In this document: piece by piece, positions 11,955 through 20,725 of the stretch
How positions within the stretch are numbered: position 1 is the first letter of the stretch
Layout: every line of letters begins with the position of its first letter
Source: an uncultured bacterium
GTDB taxonomy: Bacteria > Oederibacteriota > PGYV01 > CAWJRG01
Length of the DNA stretch: 64,000 bases
NCBI GenBank assembly: GCA_963845185.1
Contig: CAWJRG010000005.1
Coordinates: 320,001 to 384,000, forward strand
Direction: 5' to 3'
Notes under the pieces: model-generated
What the model was told of the DNA's origin: nothing
The model's database searches: none
Seen by the model: the letters and a program-made list of their open reading frames with translations, nothing else
Program-made: the position numbers and the translations under genes

Positions 11955-12068
11955 TTCATTTATGATTCCTCCCGTAAATATAAAACATCTTTTTAATGAC
12001 ATTTCATAAATTATATGCTAAAAATATATTTAATAAAAGCGCATTGTTTGCGCGGAAAGAGGCAAATC

Positions 12069-12344
12069 ATGACCCATGTAAAAGGTAAAAACAAAGGCAA
12101 GGTTATGCTGTACGCTTTAAGCACCTGTATATGGTGCAAGAAAACAAAAAAATTTCTTAATGAGCTTGGCGTGGAATACGATTATGAGGATGTTGACCTG
12201 CTCGAGGGCGAGGAAGAAAAAAAGATGGAAGCCGAAATAAACAAATGGCGCAATAACCCTTCTTTCCCTCTGATTGTTATTAACGACAAAAAAGTAATCT
12301 GCGGTTATGAAGAAGAAGAAATAAGAAAGGCGCTTGAAAAATGA
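12069..12344 (+). CDS. Glutaredoxin/NrdH-like redoxin
   Basis: YALSTCIWC (CxxC) and cis-Pro SFPLIVI motif; start MTHVKG after AGAGG. Confidence 0.85.
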   Translation: MTHVKGKNKGKVMLYALSTCIWCKKTKKFLNELGVEYDYEDVDLLEGEEEKKMEAEINKWRNNPSFPLIVINDKKVICGYEEEEIRKALEK

Positions 12345-12856
12345 AGGAAAGAATCCAGATTCCCAAGGAAGACATAGACAGGCTTTATGACAGGCTAAAA
12401 AAAGAAGCCGAAGCAGGCGGCTACCACCTGAACCCGGATGTGGAATTTACAAAAGGCCTCATTGAAAGCCTTTTGATAAATGAGAAAAGGTACGGTTACT
12501 GGGCATGCCCGTGCAGGCTCGCGACCGGAAACAAGCAGGAAGACCTTGATATAATTTGCCCGTGCGATTACAGGGACGCGGATGTTGCCGAATGCGACGC
12601 ATGCTATTGCGCCCTGTATGTGTCAATAAAAGTGCTAAGCGGCGAAATAAAGGCGCATTCAATACCTGAACGCAGGCCGCCAAAAGAAGTAAGGCAGGTA
12701 AAAGCAGCGCAGCAGCCTGCGCCTTCAACTATCAGTTCCCTTCCAATGCCGGTGTGGCGGTGCAAGGTCTGCGGTTACCTCTGCGCCCGCGACGGCCCCC
12801 CAGAAATCTGCCCAATATGCAAGGCAAAAAAAGAAAGGTTTGAGAGATTTTTGTAG
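12341..12856 (+). CDS. Ferredoxin:thioredoxin reductase catalytic domain fused to C-terminal rubredoxin-like domain
   Basis: CPC...CPC...CYC motifs, then WRCKVCGY...CPIC. Confidence 0.88.
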   Translation: MKERIQIPKEDIDRLYDRLKKEAEAGGYHLNPDVEFTKGLIESLLINEKRYGYWACPCRLATGNKQEDLDIICPCDYRDADVAECDACYCALYVSIKVLSGEIKAHSIPERRPPKEVRQVKAAQQPAPSTISSLPMPVWRCKVCGYLCARDGPPEICPICKAKKERFERFL

Positions 12857-12893
12857 CAGGCTGATTGGTTTTATTTGATAATAATAATCCAAA

Positions 12894-13079
12894 GGAGAGA
12901 TGCCCGAGTGGTCGATGGAGCACGCCTGGAGAGCGTGTGAACCGCAAGGTTCCGGGGGCTTGCGGCCTTTGACGCAAGGCGAACGAGCGCCGAGCGATTA
13001 GCGAGGTGGAGCCGAGCGTAAGCGAGTGAGGGAGGCCTGCGCAACGAGCGGGTAGCGAGCAAAGCAGCCGAATCCCTCT
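12894..13079 (+). pseudogene. Partial tRNA-Ser(GGA) duplicate with ~110-bp insertion in the T-loop
   Basis: 12894-12958 near-identical to 13106-13170; insert 12959-13068; resumes CGAATCCCTCT; no 3' acceptor strand. Confidence 0.85.
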
Positions 13080-13105
13080 TACCTAAATATGGTTTGCTGA
13101 GATAT

Positions 13106-13193
13106 GGAGAGATGTCCGAGTGGTCGATGGAGCACGCCTGGAGAGCGTGTGAGCCGCAAGGTTCCGAGGGTTCGAATCCCTCTCTCTCCGCCA
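13106..13193 (+). tRNA. tRNA-Ser(GGA)
   Basis: Long variable arm, anticodon arm CACGC-CTGGAGA-GCGTG, GGTTCGAATCC, GCCA end. Confidence 0.95.
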
Positions 13194-13209
13194 GGCTTTA
13201 TATTATTAA

Positions 13210-13340
13210 AGGGATCCGAAACGAACGAGCGCCGAGCGAACAGCGAGGAAAAGTTAGGAGTAGCCGAACGTAAGCAAGTGCGGGATGCCTGCGCAGCGAG
13301 AGAGTAGCGAGCATAGCAGTCGAACCCCTCTCTTTTCGCA
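13210..13340 (+). repeat. Second GA-rich insert ending in a degenerate tRNA-Ser 3' end
   Basis: CGAACGAGCGCCGAGCGA...GCCTGCGCA...GTAGCGAGCA..GCAG shared with 12959-13068; ends CGAACCCCTCTCTTTTCGCA. Confidence 0.8.
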
Positions 13341-13419
13341 AGAATATTAAACCTTCTTTGGAACACGGAAATACAGATGTTAAAGAAAAAAATCTAATGC
13401 ATTATAATCATTTAAAAAA

Positions 13420-14853
13420 TCAATACTGCCCTATTTGTGTCCATGTATTCCTGCTTATATAGTCTGCCGTTCCAAGTTCCCCGCTTCCGGATCCCGTTGC
13501 CCACAGTGAACCGTCATTTTTTATTGCCAGGCTGTGATATCCGCCTCCTGCTACCACGCTTACCCCGGAAAGGACCTGTACAAAACTATCCCTGTTGTTG
13601 TTATCACCTGTGCCGAGCTCTCCATCATTATTGTACCCCGTTGCCCATAACGTACCGTCGTTTTTTAAAACCAGAGTATGATCTCCGCCTCCATCCATTG
13701 CAGTAACTCCTGTCATAATCTGTATAAATATAGTCCTGTCTGCCAGATCACCTGTGCCAAGCTGCCCATAAAAATTTGCCCCGGCTCCCCATAATGTCCC
13801 GTCATTCATCAACACTAAGCTGTGCCTGAATCCTGCGGCTATGGCACTAATTACTCCAGTTAGTCCGGTTACCTGCGTAAACGCATAACAGGCAGTAGTA
13901 TTTCCTATGCCAAGTTCTCCTTGTTGATTCAACCCGCTTGCCCACAATGTTCCGTCGTTTTTTAATACCAGACTATCGTTTACTCCGCCTGCTATTGCAA
14001 TTACTCCTGACATTCCGGGTACCTGCGCAAATGAATCACTGTTCACGACTCCCATGCCAAGCTGGCCATACTCGCCGTTGCCAACTCCCCATAGTGTACC
14101 GTCATTTTCTATTGCTAAGGTATAATTTCCTTTTCCTGTAATGGCGGTTGCCCCTGTCAATAATTGTGTAAATGAATAGTATATTACACTGCCGCAGGCG
14201 TCCATGACGCCTGTTATCCAGACTGTTCCGTCATTTTTTAATATTGAGCTATGATTGCTTCCTCCTGTAAATTCATTTACGCCTGACACTGCCTGCACAA
14301 ATACGCAGCTGTTAAGTGTATTACCCAGCCCGAGTTGCCCGTTAGCGTTATCGCCGGCTACCCATAACGTTCCGTCACTTTTTAATGCCAAGCTATGAAA
14401 TTGTCCGCCCGCTATTTTTGCCGCATCAAATACCGGGACCGTTACTGTTATTGTCGGAGTAGCTGAAAAAGTTGAACCGGGAGGGACCGGTGTATCCGTT
14501 GAAGTCCCTGTATCTCCCGGGGTTCTTGTCGGGAACATCGTTATTGTTGTTGTAATTGTGGGGGTATTTGTAAATGTTGAACAATTGGTGCAGGAAATCG
14601 TAACCGAGCATGTAAAAGTATTTTGCAGAACAATTGTCAGTGTGCTTGTCGCCGTATACATTGCCGTCGCACTCGGCGTTGGTGTCTTCGTATATGTAAA
14701 TACCGGCGATTGCTGTGTTTGTATCTGCGTATTCGTTATTGCTGGAGTGTTTTTTGCCTGTGGTTCCGTTGGAACCGGTAATTTTCTGCAGCATCCATTG
14801 ATTATTATTATCCCGATTAAGATTATAACTATTGAAAACCATATTCTTTTCAT
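13420..14853 (-). CDS. Putative lipoprotein with T/P-rich linker and RCC1-like beta-propeller
   Basis: Signal ending INGCC; repeats AGGxxHSLxLKxDGTLWxxGxNxxGQLG. Confidence 0.85.
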   Translation of the reverse strand: MKRIWFSIVIILIGIIIINGCCRKLPVPTEPQAKNTPAITNTQIQTQQSPVFTYTKTPTPSATAMYTATSTLTIVLQNTFTCSVTISCTNCSTFTNTPTITTTITMFPTRTPGDTGTSTDTPVPPGSTFSATPTITVTVPVFDAAKIAGGQFHSLALKSDGTLWVAGDNANGQLGLGNTLNSCVFVQAVSGVNEFTGGSNHSSILKNDGTVWITGVMDACGSVIYYSFTQLLTGATAITGKGNYTLAIENDGTLWGVGNGEYGQLGMGVVNSDSFAQVPGMSGVIAIAGGVNDSLVLKNDGTLWASGLNQQGELGIGNTTACYAFTQVTGLTGVISAIAAGFRHSLVLMNDGTLWGAGANFYGQLGTGDLADRTIFIQIMTGVTAMDGGGDHTLVLKNDGTLWATGYNNDGELGTGDNNNRDSFVQVLSGVSVVAGGGYHSLAIKNDGSLWATGSGSGELGTADYISRNTWTQIGQY

Positions 14854-14882
14854 ATCAGAACCTCTATTTATTTCTTTCTTAT

Positions 14883-14910
14883 TTAGACAATTTTTACCAG
14901 AAAAAGTTCC
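14883..14910 (-). promoter_or_regulatory. Putative ECF-sigma promoter
   Basis: Minus strand GGAAC-N17-GTCTAA; duplicated at 20623-20650. Confidence 0.6.
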
Positions 14911-15076
14911 AATTATTTTAAAATTGTTGTTTGTGCTTTTTAAATATCCTTATTTTATGGAATATGATGAGAAAATTACAGGTTAAAGATATATCTGGGT
15001 CTTTTGCCGAAAGCAAATCTTTATAAAAACTTAAAAATCGAAATCAAAAATCGAAGATATTATATGTTTCAGAATA

Positions 15077-15529
15077 TTATTTTTGTCTTTTCCTTTTAAA
15101 AAACTTTTTTATTATTTCCGCACATTCTTTTTGCATTACACCTTTTATTACCTTAACTTTATGATTGTTCTTTTTGTTGTTTATTATTTTATAAACACTA
15201 CCGCATGCTCCGGTTTTCGGATCGTCTGCGCCAAAGACAAGCTTACCAACTCGCGCTAGTATGATCGCTCCTGCGCACATTGCGCAGGGTTCTATAGTAA
15301 CATATAAGCTTGTGCCTATCAATCTCTCGCTATTTAATTTTTTTGATGCTTTTTGAATTGCCAGAATTTCGGCATGGCCTGCCGGATTTTTTTTGCTTTT
15401 TATTAAATTATGCGCTCTGCTAATTATCTTTTCGTTTTGAACTATTACAGCGCCTACAGGTACCTCGTCTTTTTTATAGGCTTTTTCAGCCTCTTTTAAT
15501 GCCTCTTTCATATAATAAGTATGTTTCAT
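15077..15529 (-). CDS. tadA: tRNA adenosine(34) deaminase
   Basis: EVPVGAVIV, HAE, EPCAMCAGA; start MKHTYY at 15529 with GGAGA SD. Confidence 0.93.
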   Translation of the reverse strand: MKHTYYMKEALKEAEKAYKKDEVPVGAVIVQNEKIISRAHNLIKSKKNPAGHAEILAIQKASKKLNSERLIGTSLYVTIEPCAMCAGAIILARVGKLVFGADDPKTGACGSVYKIINNKKNNHKVKVIKGVMQKECAEIIKKFFKRKRQK

Positions 15530-15572
15530 TATTTCTCCGATTTTATTTGGTTTCTGCTGCTGCTTCACCTTC

Positions 15573-15607
15573 ACCCTCACCCTAACCTTCTCCCGTCGAG
15601 GGAGAGG
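15573..15607. repeat. CCCTCACCCTAACC-TCTCCC/GGGAGAGG-type palindromic repeat next to the IS110 junction
   Basis: ACCCTCACCCTAACCTTCTCCC-GTCGA-GGGAGAGG. Confidence 0.5.
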
Positions 15608-15617
15608 TAATATGAAA

Positions 15618-16886
15618 AGAAGGCACCCCCAGGTATAATGGTAACGTGGCGTGTGTTAGCACCCACAACATTAAAAACCTAGGAGGTGCCGTATGTTGTA
15701 TCTTGGTGTGGACGTGCACAAGAACGTGTCTTATGTTACAGCGGTGACAAAAGAAGGTCAAGTCAGATTTAGAGGAGCTCTTTCAAACAGGACAGAGGAT
15801 TTTAAGAAAATGCTGGCTGAGATTGGAGAGGAATGCGAAGCGGTAATTGAGACAACGTACTGCTGGGGAGTAGTGTACGACCTTTTGGAGGAACTCGGCG
15901 TAAAGACAAAATTGGCGCATGCGCAGAAGCTGAGAGCGATAGCGGAAAGCCAGATAAAAAACGATGTAAGGGATTCGGAGATATTGGCCCATTTGTTGAG
16001 AGCAAATTTAATACCGGAAGTATATGTGCCGTCGAAGGAAATAAGGCTTAAGAAGAACATATTAAGAGAGAGGCAATTCCTGGTGAGCACACGGACAGCT
16101 GTAAAAAATAGGGTGCACCAGTTATTGACAAGGAACCATATAGATACAAGCGTACACAGCGATTTGTTTGGGAAAAAAGGCAGGGACACAATAGAAAGAG
16201 TCGAACTGGTAAAAAGCGAACGTGAATTGCTGAACCTCGAGATGCATTTGGTGGACGAACTTAATACAGGAATAAAGGCAACAGAAAAACTTGCAAAAGA
16301 AATGACAGGGAAAGATAGATATGTGGAAATAATAAAGACGGTACCTGGATTTGGAGAAGTTCTTTCAAAGGTAGTGGCGTTTGAAATAGTTGATATAAAT
16401 AGATTCTCTAAGGCAAAACGATTAGCGTCATATGCCGGATTGGTTCCAAGCGAATATGCGAGTAATAAAACAATACATAGAGGTCCGATAATAAGGCAGG
16501 CAAACAAACATTTAAAATGTGCGTTTGTAGAAGCAGCTTGGACAGCGGTAAGAAGTTCTTTGTATTTTAAATCAATATACTTGAACGTAAAAAGCCGCAG
16601 AGGTTCAAACAAGGCAATAATAGCAGTTGCAAGGCACATGGCAGAAATAATATTTAAAATGCTCAAAGAAAATCGTGGTTATGAAGAAAGGATATATAAA
16701 AAATATACTTATAGGCCGCTCTGTTTTCCCCTGAGTCAGTAAATCTTCTGGGCTGTGGGAGAGGTTAGAGGGCCTTAATTTGATTTGTTATAATGCCGGG
16801 TGAAAAGAACTGCGGCGAAGAGAAGGTTAATTAACATTTTAGCCCTTATACTTGGATTTGTGCTTGACAAGCCTTTTCAGAGAAGG
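15618..16886 (+). mobile_element. IS110-family element with 3' non-coding region (IS1111-like layout)
   Basis: Transposase ORF; AGAAGG at both junctions (15618-15623, 16881-16886); TATAAT at left end (15634), TTGACA at right end (16864). Exact ends uncertain. Confidence 0.8.
15693..16742 (+). CDS. IS110-family transposase/recombinase
   Basis: GVDVHK, VIETT, KNDVRDS (DEDD); TVPGFG, SYAGLVPSEYAS Tnp domain. Confidence 0.95.
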   Translation: MLYLGVDVHKNVSYVTAVTKEGQVRFRGALSNRTEDFKKMLAEIGEECEAVIETTYCWGVVYDLLEELGVKTKLAHAQKLRAIAESQIKNDVRDSEILAHLLRANLIPEVYVPSKEIRLKKNILRERQFLVSTRTAVKNRVHQLLTRNHIDTSVHSDLFGKKGRDTIERVELVKSERELLNLEMHLVDELNTGIKATEKLAKEMTGKDRYVEIIKTVPGFGEVLSKVVAFEIVDINRFSKAKRLASYAGLVPSEYASNKTIHRGPIIRQANKHLKCAFVEAAWTAVRSSLYFKSIYLNVKSRRGSNKAIIAVARHMAEIIFKMLKENRGYEERIYKKYTYRPLCFPLSQ

Positions 16887-16916
16887 GGATACTTATTCTA
16901 ACAACACTCCCCCGTT

Positions 16917-18758
16917 TTAATCTCCAAGATCAGCGGTTGCTATTTCCTTTTGCCCAGATATCTTTACTTTCTCCGGCTTGTGAATCCATCCGAATTTTTT
17001 TATGTATAAATACCATTTTACAAAGCAGTCTGCCACAATTATTACTACCAATATAAGCATCAACGCGGATAAAAAAGCGTTGAGATTGCCGTTAAAATTC
17101 TTCGCGGACAGATAGTTGTTAAATATATTCTCCAAACCTGCGGTCACAGTTGTCACCAGCATAAAAAGCATCGGAATAAAAGTGACAAGCCCGTATGCCT
17201 TGTTCCTGTTGTTTTTCATTATTACCGATGTCCCGATTGCGAGCGCCGCGGTCGCCAGAAGCTGGTTTGCCACTCCAAACATGGGCCAGATAGTGGATAT
17301 ATCCCCGTTATACACGAGATAACCCCACGAGAAAACTATTACAGCGCTTGTAATGACAACGCCCGGCACCCATTTCCTGTCGCCGAGTTTTTTAACAGCA
17401 CTCCCGGAAATATCCTGCAGTATATACCTCGCTACCCTTGTGCCTGCGTCTATTGTGGTAAGGATAAAAAGCGCCTCGAACATTATAATAAAATGGTACC
17501 AGTACCCCATCAGGGTTTTCATCCCGGGTATACCCGAAAATATATGCGCCATGCCCACAGCAAGCGATACTGCGCCTCCTGGCCTGCCTGCGACGTTTTC
17601 CTGAACCATTGCCGAAAGGTTGGCCAGATTAACAGGAGTCAGCGCGAGTTTCGCAAAAACTTCAGGCTTGCAGTTGATGGCAAAATAATCCGCAGGTACA
17701 AGCGCGGTTGCCGCTATCAGGGCCATTACAGAAACAAAACCTTCCACAAGCATGGCGCCGTAGCCTATCGCAGGCATGTCTTTTTCGCTGTTTATCATTT
17801 TAGGGGTCGTGCCTGATGATATCAGGGCATGAAACCCGGATATTGCCCCGCAGGCTATTGTTATGCATACGTAGGGCCAAACCTTGCCCGGTATTATTGG
17901 CCCTCCGCCGTGAATAAAAGGCGTAAATGCCGGCATCTGTATTTTCGGCATTACAAAAAATATGCCTATTGCCAGCAACCCTACTGTCCCAAGTTTGAGG
18001 TATGAACTTATATAATCCCTTGGCACAAGCAATAGCCACACAGGAAGCACAGAAGCAAAAAATCCGTATACCGCAAGCATGATTGCCAGTTGTTTCTTGT
18101 CGTATGTAAAAGCCGCTGCCATGCCGGAATGCTGGATATAATGGCCGAAGAACACGCCAAAAAGAAGAAGCGCCACGCCTATCGCAGATGCCTCGATTAT
18201 TTTATCCTTGCGCAGCTTTGTCATGTAAATACCCACAAGCATTGCTGTCGGTATTGTCACCGCTATTGTGAATGTGCCCCATGCGCTCGCCGAAAGCGCA
18301 TTTACTACTGCTATGGACAAACCTGCGAGGGCCGTTATAATAATGAAGAGTACCCCTGCTGCTGTTGCTCCGCCTGTGATTTTTCCTACATAATCACGTG
18401 CTATGTGATGAAGCGAGGCTCCGTTATGCCTCACAGACGCGAAAAGGATTACGTAGTCATGCACAGCCCCTGCCAGGACCGCTCCTATAAGAATCCAGAG
18501 AAAACCGGGCAAAAAACCGAATTGCGCTGCCAGAACAGGCCCTATTAAAGGCCCTGCGCCGGCAATCGCAGCAAAATGATGGCCGAATAGCACAAATTTA
18601 TTTGTAGGCAGATAATCATGCCCATCCTCTAATTTATATGCCGGGGTTTTCCTTTTTGGATCTATGGCAAGTACTTTTGCCGCCAAAAAAGCCGAATAAA
18701 ACCTGTATGCTAGGGTAAAAACAAGTAAAGTGATTATTAAAATAATTACGGCGTTAAT
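16917..18758 (-). CDS. cstA: Carbon starvation protein A (peptide/pyruvate transporter), probable ATT start
   Basis: GHHFAAIAGAGPLIGP, ACGAISGFH, WPMFGVANQLL; the frame extends 24 codons upstream of 18686 to ATT-AAC-GCC after GAGGTG. Confidence 0.92.
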   Translation of the reverse strand: MNAVIILIITLLVFTLAYRFYSAFLAAKVLAIDPKRKTPAYKLEDGHDYLPTNKFVLFGHHFAAIAGAGPLIGPVLAAQFGFLPGFLWILIGAVLAGAVHDYVILFASVRHNGASLHHIARDYVGKITGGATAAGVLFIIITALAGLSIAVVNALSASAWGTFTIAVTIPTAMLVGIYMTKLRKDKIIEASAIGVALLLFGVFFGHYIQHSGMAAAFTYDKKQLAIMLAVYGFFASVLPVWLLLVPRDYISSYLKLGTVGLLAIGIFFVMPKIQMPAFTPFIHGGGPIIPGKVWPYVCITIACGAISGFHALISSGTTPKMINSEKDMPAIGYGAMLVEGFVSVMALIAATALVPADYFAINCKPEVFAKLALTPVNLANLSAMVQENVAGRPGGAVSLAVGMAHIFSGIPGMKTLMGYWYHFIIMFEALFILTTIDAGTRVARYILQDISGSAVKKLGDRKWVPGVVITSAVIVFSWGYLVYNGDISTIWPMFGVANQLLATAALAIGTSVIMKNNRNKAYGLVTFIPMLFMLVTTVTAGLENIFNNYLSAKNFNGNLNAFLSALMLILVVIIVADCFVKWYLYIKKFGWIHKPEKVKISGQKEIATADLGD

Positions 18759-18812
18759 GATGGCACCTCATAAATAATTTTTAATACAGTCAGTTATTAA
18801 CCCCCTGTTTAT

Positions 18813-19133
18813 TTATTGATTTTTTGGCGTATCTTTCTTTCCAAAAAGCTTTTCTATTGCCTCCCCCATATGCTTAAAAGCCCTGCCTATTTTTCTGCCT
18901 ATCCTAGTTATGATATTTCCAGTTGATTTTTCTACTGCGCCAGCAGTGTACGTAGTTGCCTCGGCAGCGACCTTTACCGCCTTCTCAGTGTTTTTTTCTA
19001 CAACTTTAACTTCCTTGCCTGTGTCTTTTGCAAGCTTTTTAACGTCTTTTGTGATTTTCCCTTCGGATTGATCCGCGTAAACACCTGCTGTCAAAACTAA
19101 AACTACTGCCAACAACACTGTAATTCTTTTCAT
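18813..19133 (-). CDS. Small secreted hypothetical protein
   Basis: Signal peptide, K/E-rich amphipathic helices, GGAGG SD. Confidence 0.65.
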   Translation of the reverse strand: MKRITVLLAVVLVLTAGVYADQSEGKITKDVKKLAKDTGKEVKVVEKNTEKAVKVAAEATTYTAGAVEKSTGNIITRIGRKIGRAFKHMGEAIEKLFGKKDTPKNQ

Positions 19134-19349
19134 CTCACACCTCCGGCTTAAATACCCTGTAACAATTTTTCTACAGGGTTGTTTTCTACGGGAACGCTTT
19201 TTTATTTATACAATAATTTAAAGCTTTTAGCAATATTGAATTAATTAATAAGGCAGGTAAACGAGGGATAACCCACAATTAATTATATTTGATATAAAAG
19301 CAACAAAATGCTCTAATTTAGAAATATACTTTAAAATTGCTTAATATTA

Positions 19350-20546
19350 TTACGGCGTAAATTTTACTATTCTTTTGTTTCCGGAATCTGCCACATACAC
19401 CGAGCCTGCATTGTCCGCTGCAATACCTACAGCCCACATGGCAAACTGCATATTGCCGCTTCCCTGACTTCCCCATTGTGCTATATAGTTGCCTAAAGAA
19501 TCAAATTCCTGCACCCTGTAATTAAAAGAATCAAGTACAAACACATAGCCTGAGCTGTTTACGGTAACTGCGTAAGGAGACTTAAATTGCCCGTTTAAAG
19601 TTCCTTGAGTTCCCCATTGTGTTATATAATTACCTGATAAGTCAAATTTCTGTATTCTGTTATTTCCGGTATCAGCAACATATACTGCTGCATTTGCAAT
19701 ATCACCCGCTATACCATATGGATAACTAAAATTTCCGTTTCCGCTTCCTGTACTTCCCCATTGCAATATATATGCTCCGGTTGACGAAAATTTTTCTATC
19801 CTGTTGCTGTATGTATCTGTCACATATACCGAGCCTGCACTATCCACTGCTATGCCGTAGGGTACCATAGTGCCCGGTCCCTGGACTCCCCATTGTGTAA
19901 TATAATTGCCTAATAAGTCAAATTTTTGTATTCGGTAATTATATATATCCACTACATATACTGCTGAATTAATTTTATCCACTGCTATCCCGTACGGCAT
20001 ATTAAATTGCCCGTTGCCGCTTCCGGCGCTGCCCCACTGGGTTATTGAATTTCCATTTGAATCATATTTTTGCACCGCAAAACCATCAGAAGTGCCGCAA
20101 GTCCATTGTGTAACATATACATTATTACTGCTGTCTGCTGCTATGCCCATAGGTGTGCTTACCGGCGTTGTCCCTATTCCCGTGCAATACCACGCTGAAT
20201 TTACCGGCGTAAGCGTAGATGTTGCTGTCGGAGTTTGTGTCCCGGTAAGACAGTCACATGTATTTGTATATGTAGGTGTTTTTTGCGGCGTTATTGCGCC
20301 CGTACAGCAGCCAGTTATTGTTATTGTAAATGTTGGCGTATTTTGAGGCGTGTTTGTTGCTTTATTTGTAGGTGTGTTTGTCAAAACCGGCGTGCCTGTT
20401 ATTATTCCCGTAGGTGAATTTATAGTTACCGCCGTATTTGTTGCCGCAGGCGCTGTTGGACCCGGTAATTTTTTACAGCATCCGGCAATCATTGCAATAC
20501 TTGCAGAAAAAATAATCATACATACCAGTAACATGTTTCTTTTCAT
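19350..20546 (-). CDS. Putative lipoprotein with T/P-rich linker and NHL-repeat propeller
   Basis: Signal ending IAGCC; repeats QWGSxGSGNGQFxxPYGIAVD..VYVxDxxNxRIQKF. Confidence 0.85.
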   Translation of the reverse strand: MKRNMLLVCMIIFSASIAMIAGCCKKLPGPTAPAATNTAVTINSPTGIITGTPVLTNTPTNKATNTPQNTPTFTITITGCCTGAITPQKTPTYTNTCDCLTGTQTPTATSTLTPVNSAWYCTGIGTTPVSTPMGIAADSSNNVYVTQWTCGTSDGFAVQKYDSNGNSITQWGSAGSGNGQFNMPYGIAVDKINSAVYVVDIYNYRIQKFDLLGNYITQWGVQGPGTMVPYGIAVDSAGSVYVTDTYSNRIEKFSSTGAYILQWGSTGSGNGNFSYPYGIAGDIANAAVYVADTGNNRIQKFDLSGNYITQWGTQGTLNGQFKSPYAVTVNSSGYVFVLDSFNYRVQEFDSLGNYIAQWGSQGSGNMQFAMWAVGIAADNAGSVYVADSGNKRIVKFTP

Positions 20547-20622
20547 TTTACGCCTCCATTGATTTTTTTACTTCTATCACACAATAAGCGCTTTGTCAAA
20601 TTACATAATCTTTGGATATGTA

Positions 20623-20650
20623 TTAGACAATTTTCATAAAAAAAAGTTCC
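20623..20650 (-). promoter_or_regulatory. Putative ECF-sigma promoter
   Basis: GGAAC-N17-GTCTAA, with flanks nearly identical to 14883-14925. Confidence 0.6.
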
Positions 20651-20725
20651 AATTATTTTGAAAATAATTGTTTGCAAAGGTTCGGGGCATGAAAAAATCG
20701 CGGCTTATAGCCAAGCAATTTATAA

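Noticed and set aside
12959..13068. Group I intron in tRNA-Ser
   Set aside because: Only ~110 nt, no recognisable P7 core, the 3' exon lacks the acceptor strand, and an intact gene lies next door.
12732..13366. Short ORFs 12732-12977, 12871-13062, 13079-13366, 13104-13307
   Set aside because: They overlap tRNA-Ser and its duplicates; their mutual similarity comes from the tRNA sequence.
15758..16666. 302-aa ORF antisense to the IS110 transposase
   Set aside because: Shadow frame with no protein motifs; the same holds for 41395-42267, 57674-58564 and 24040-24735.
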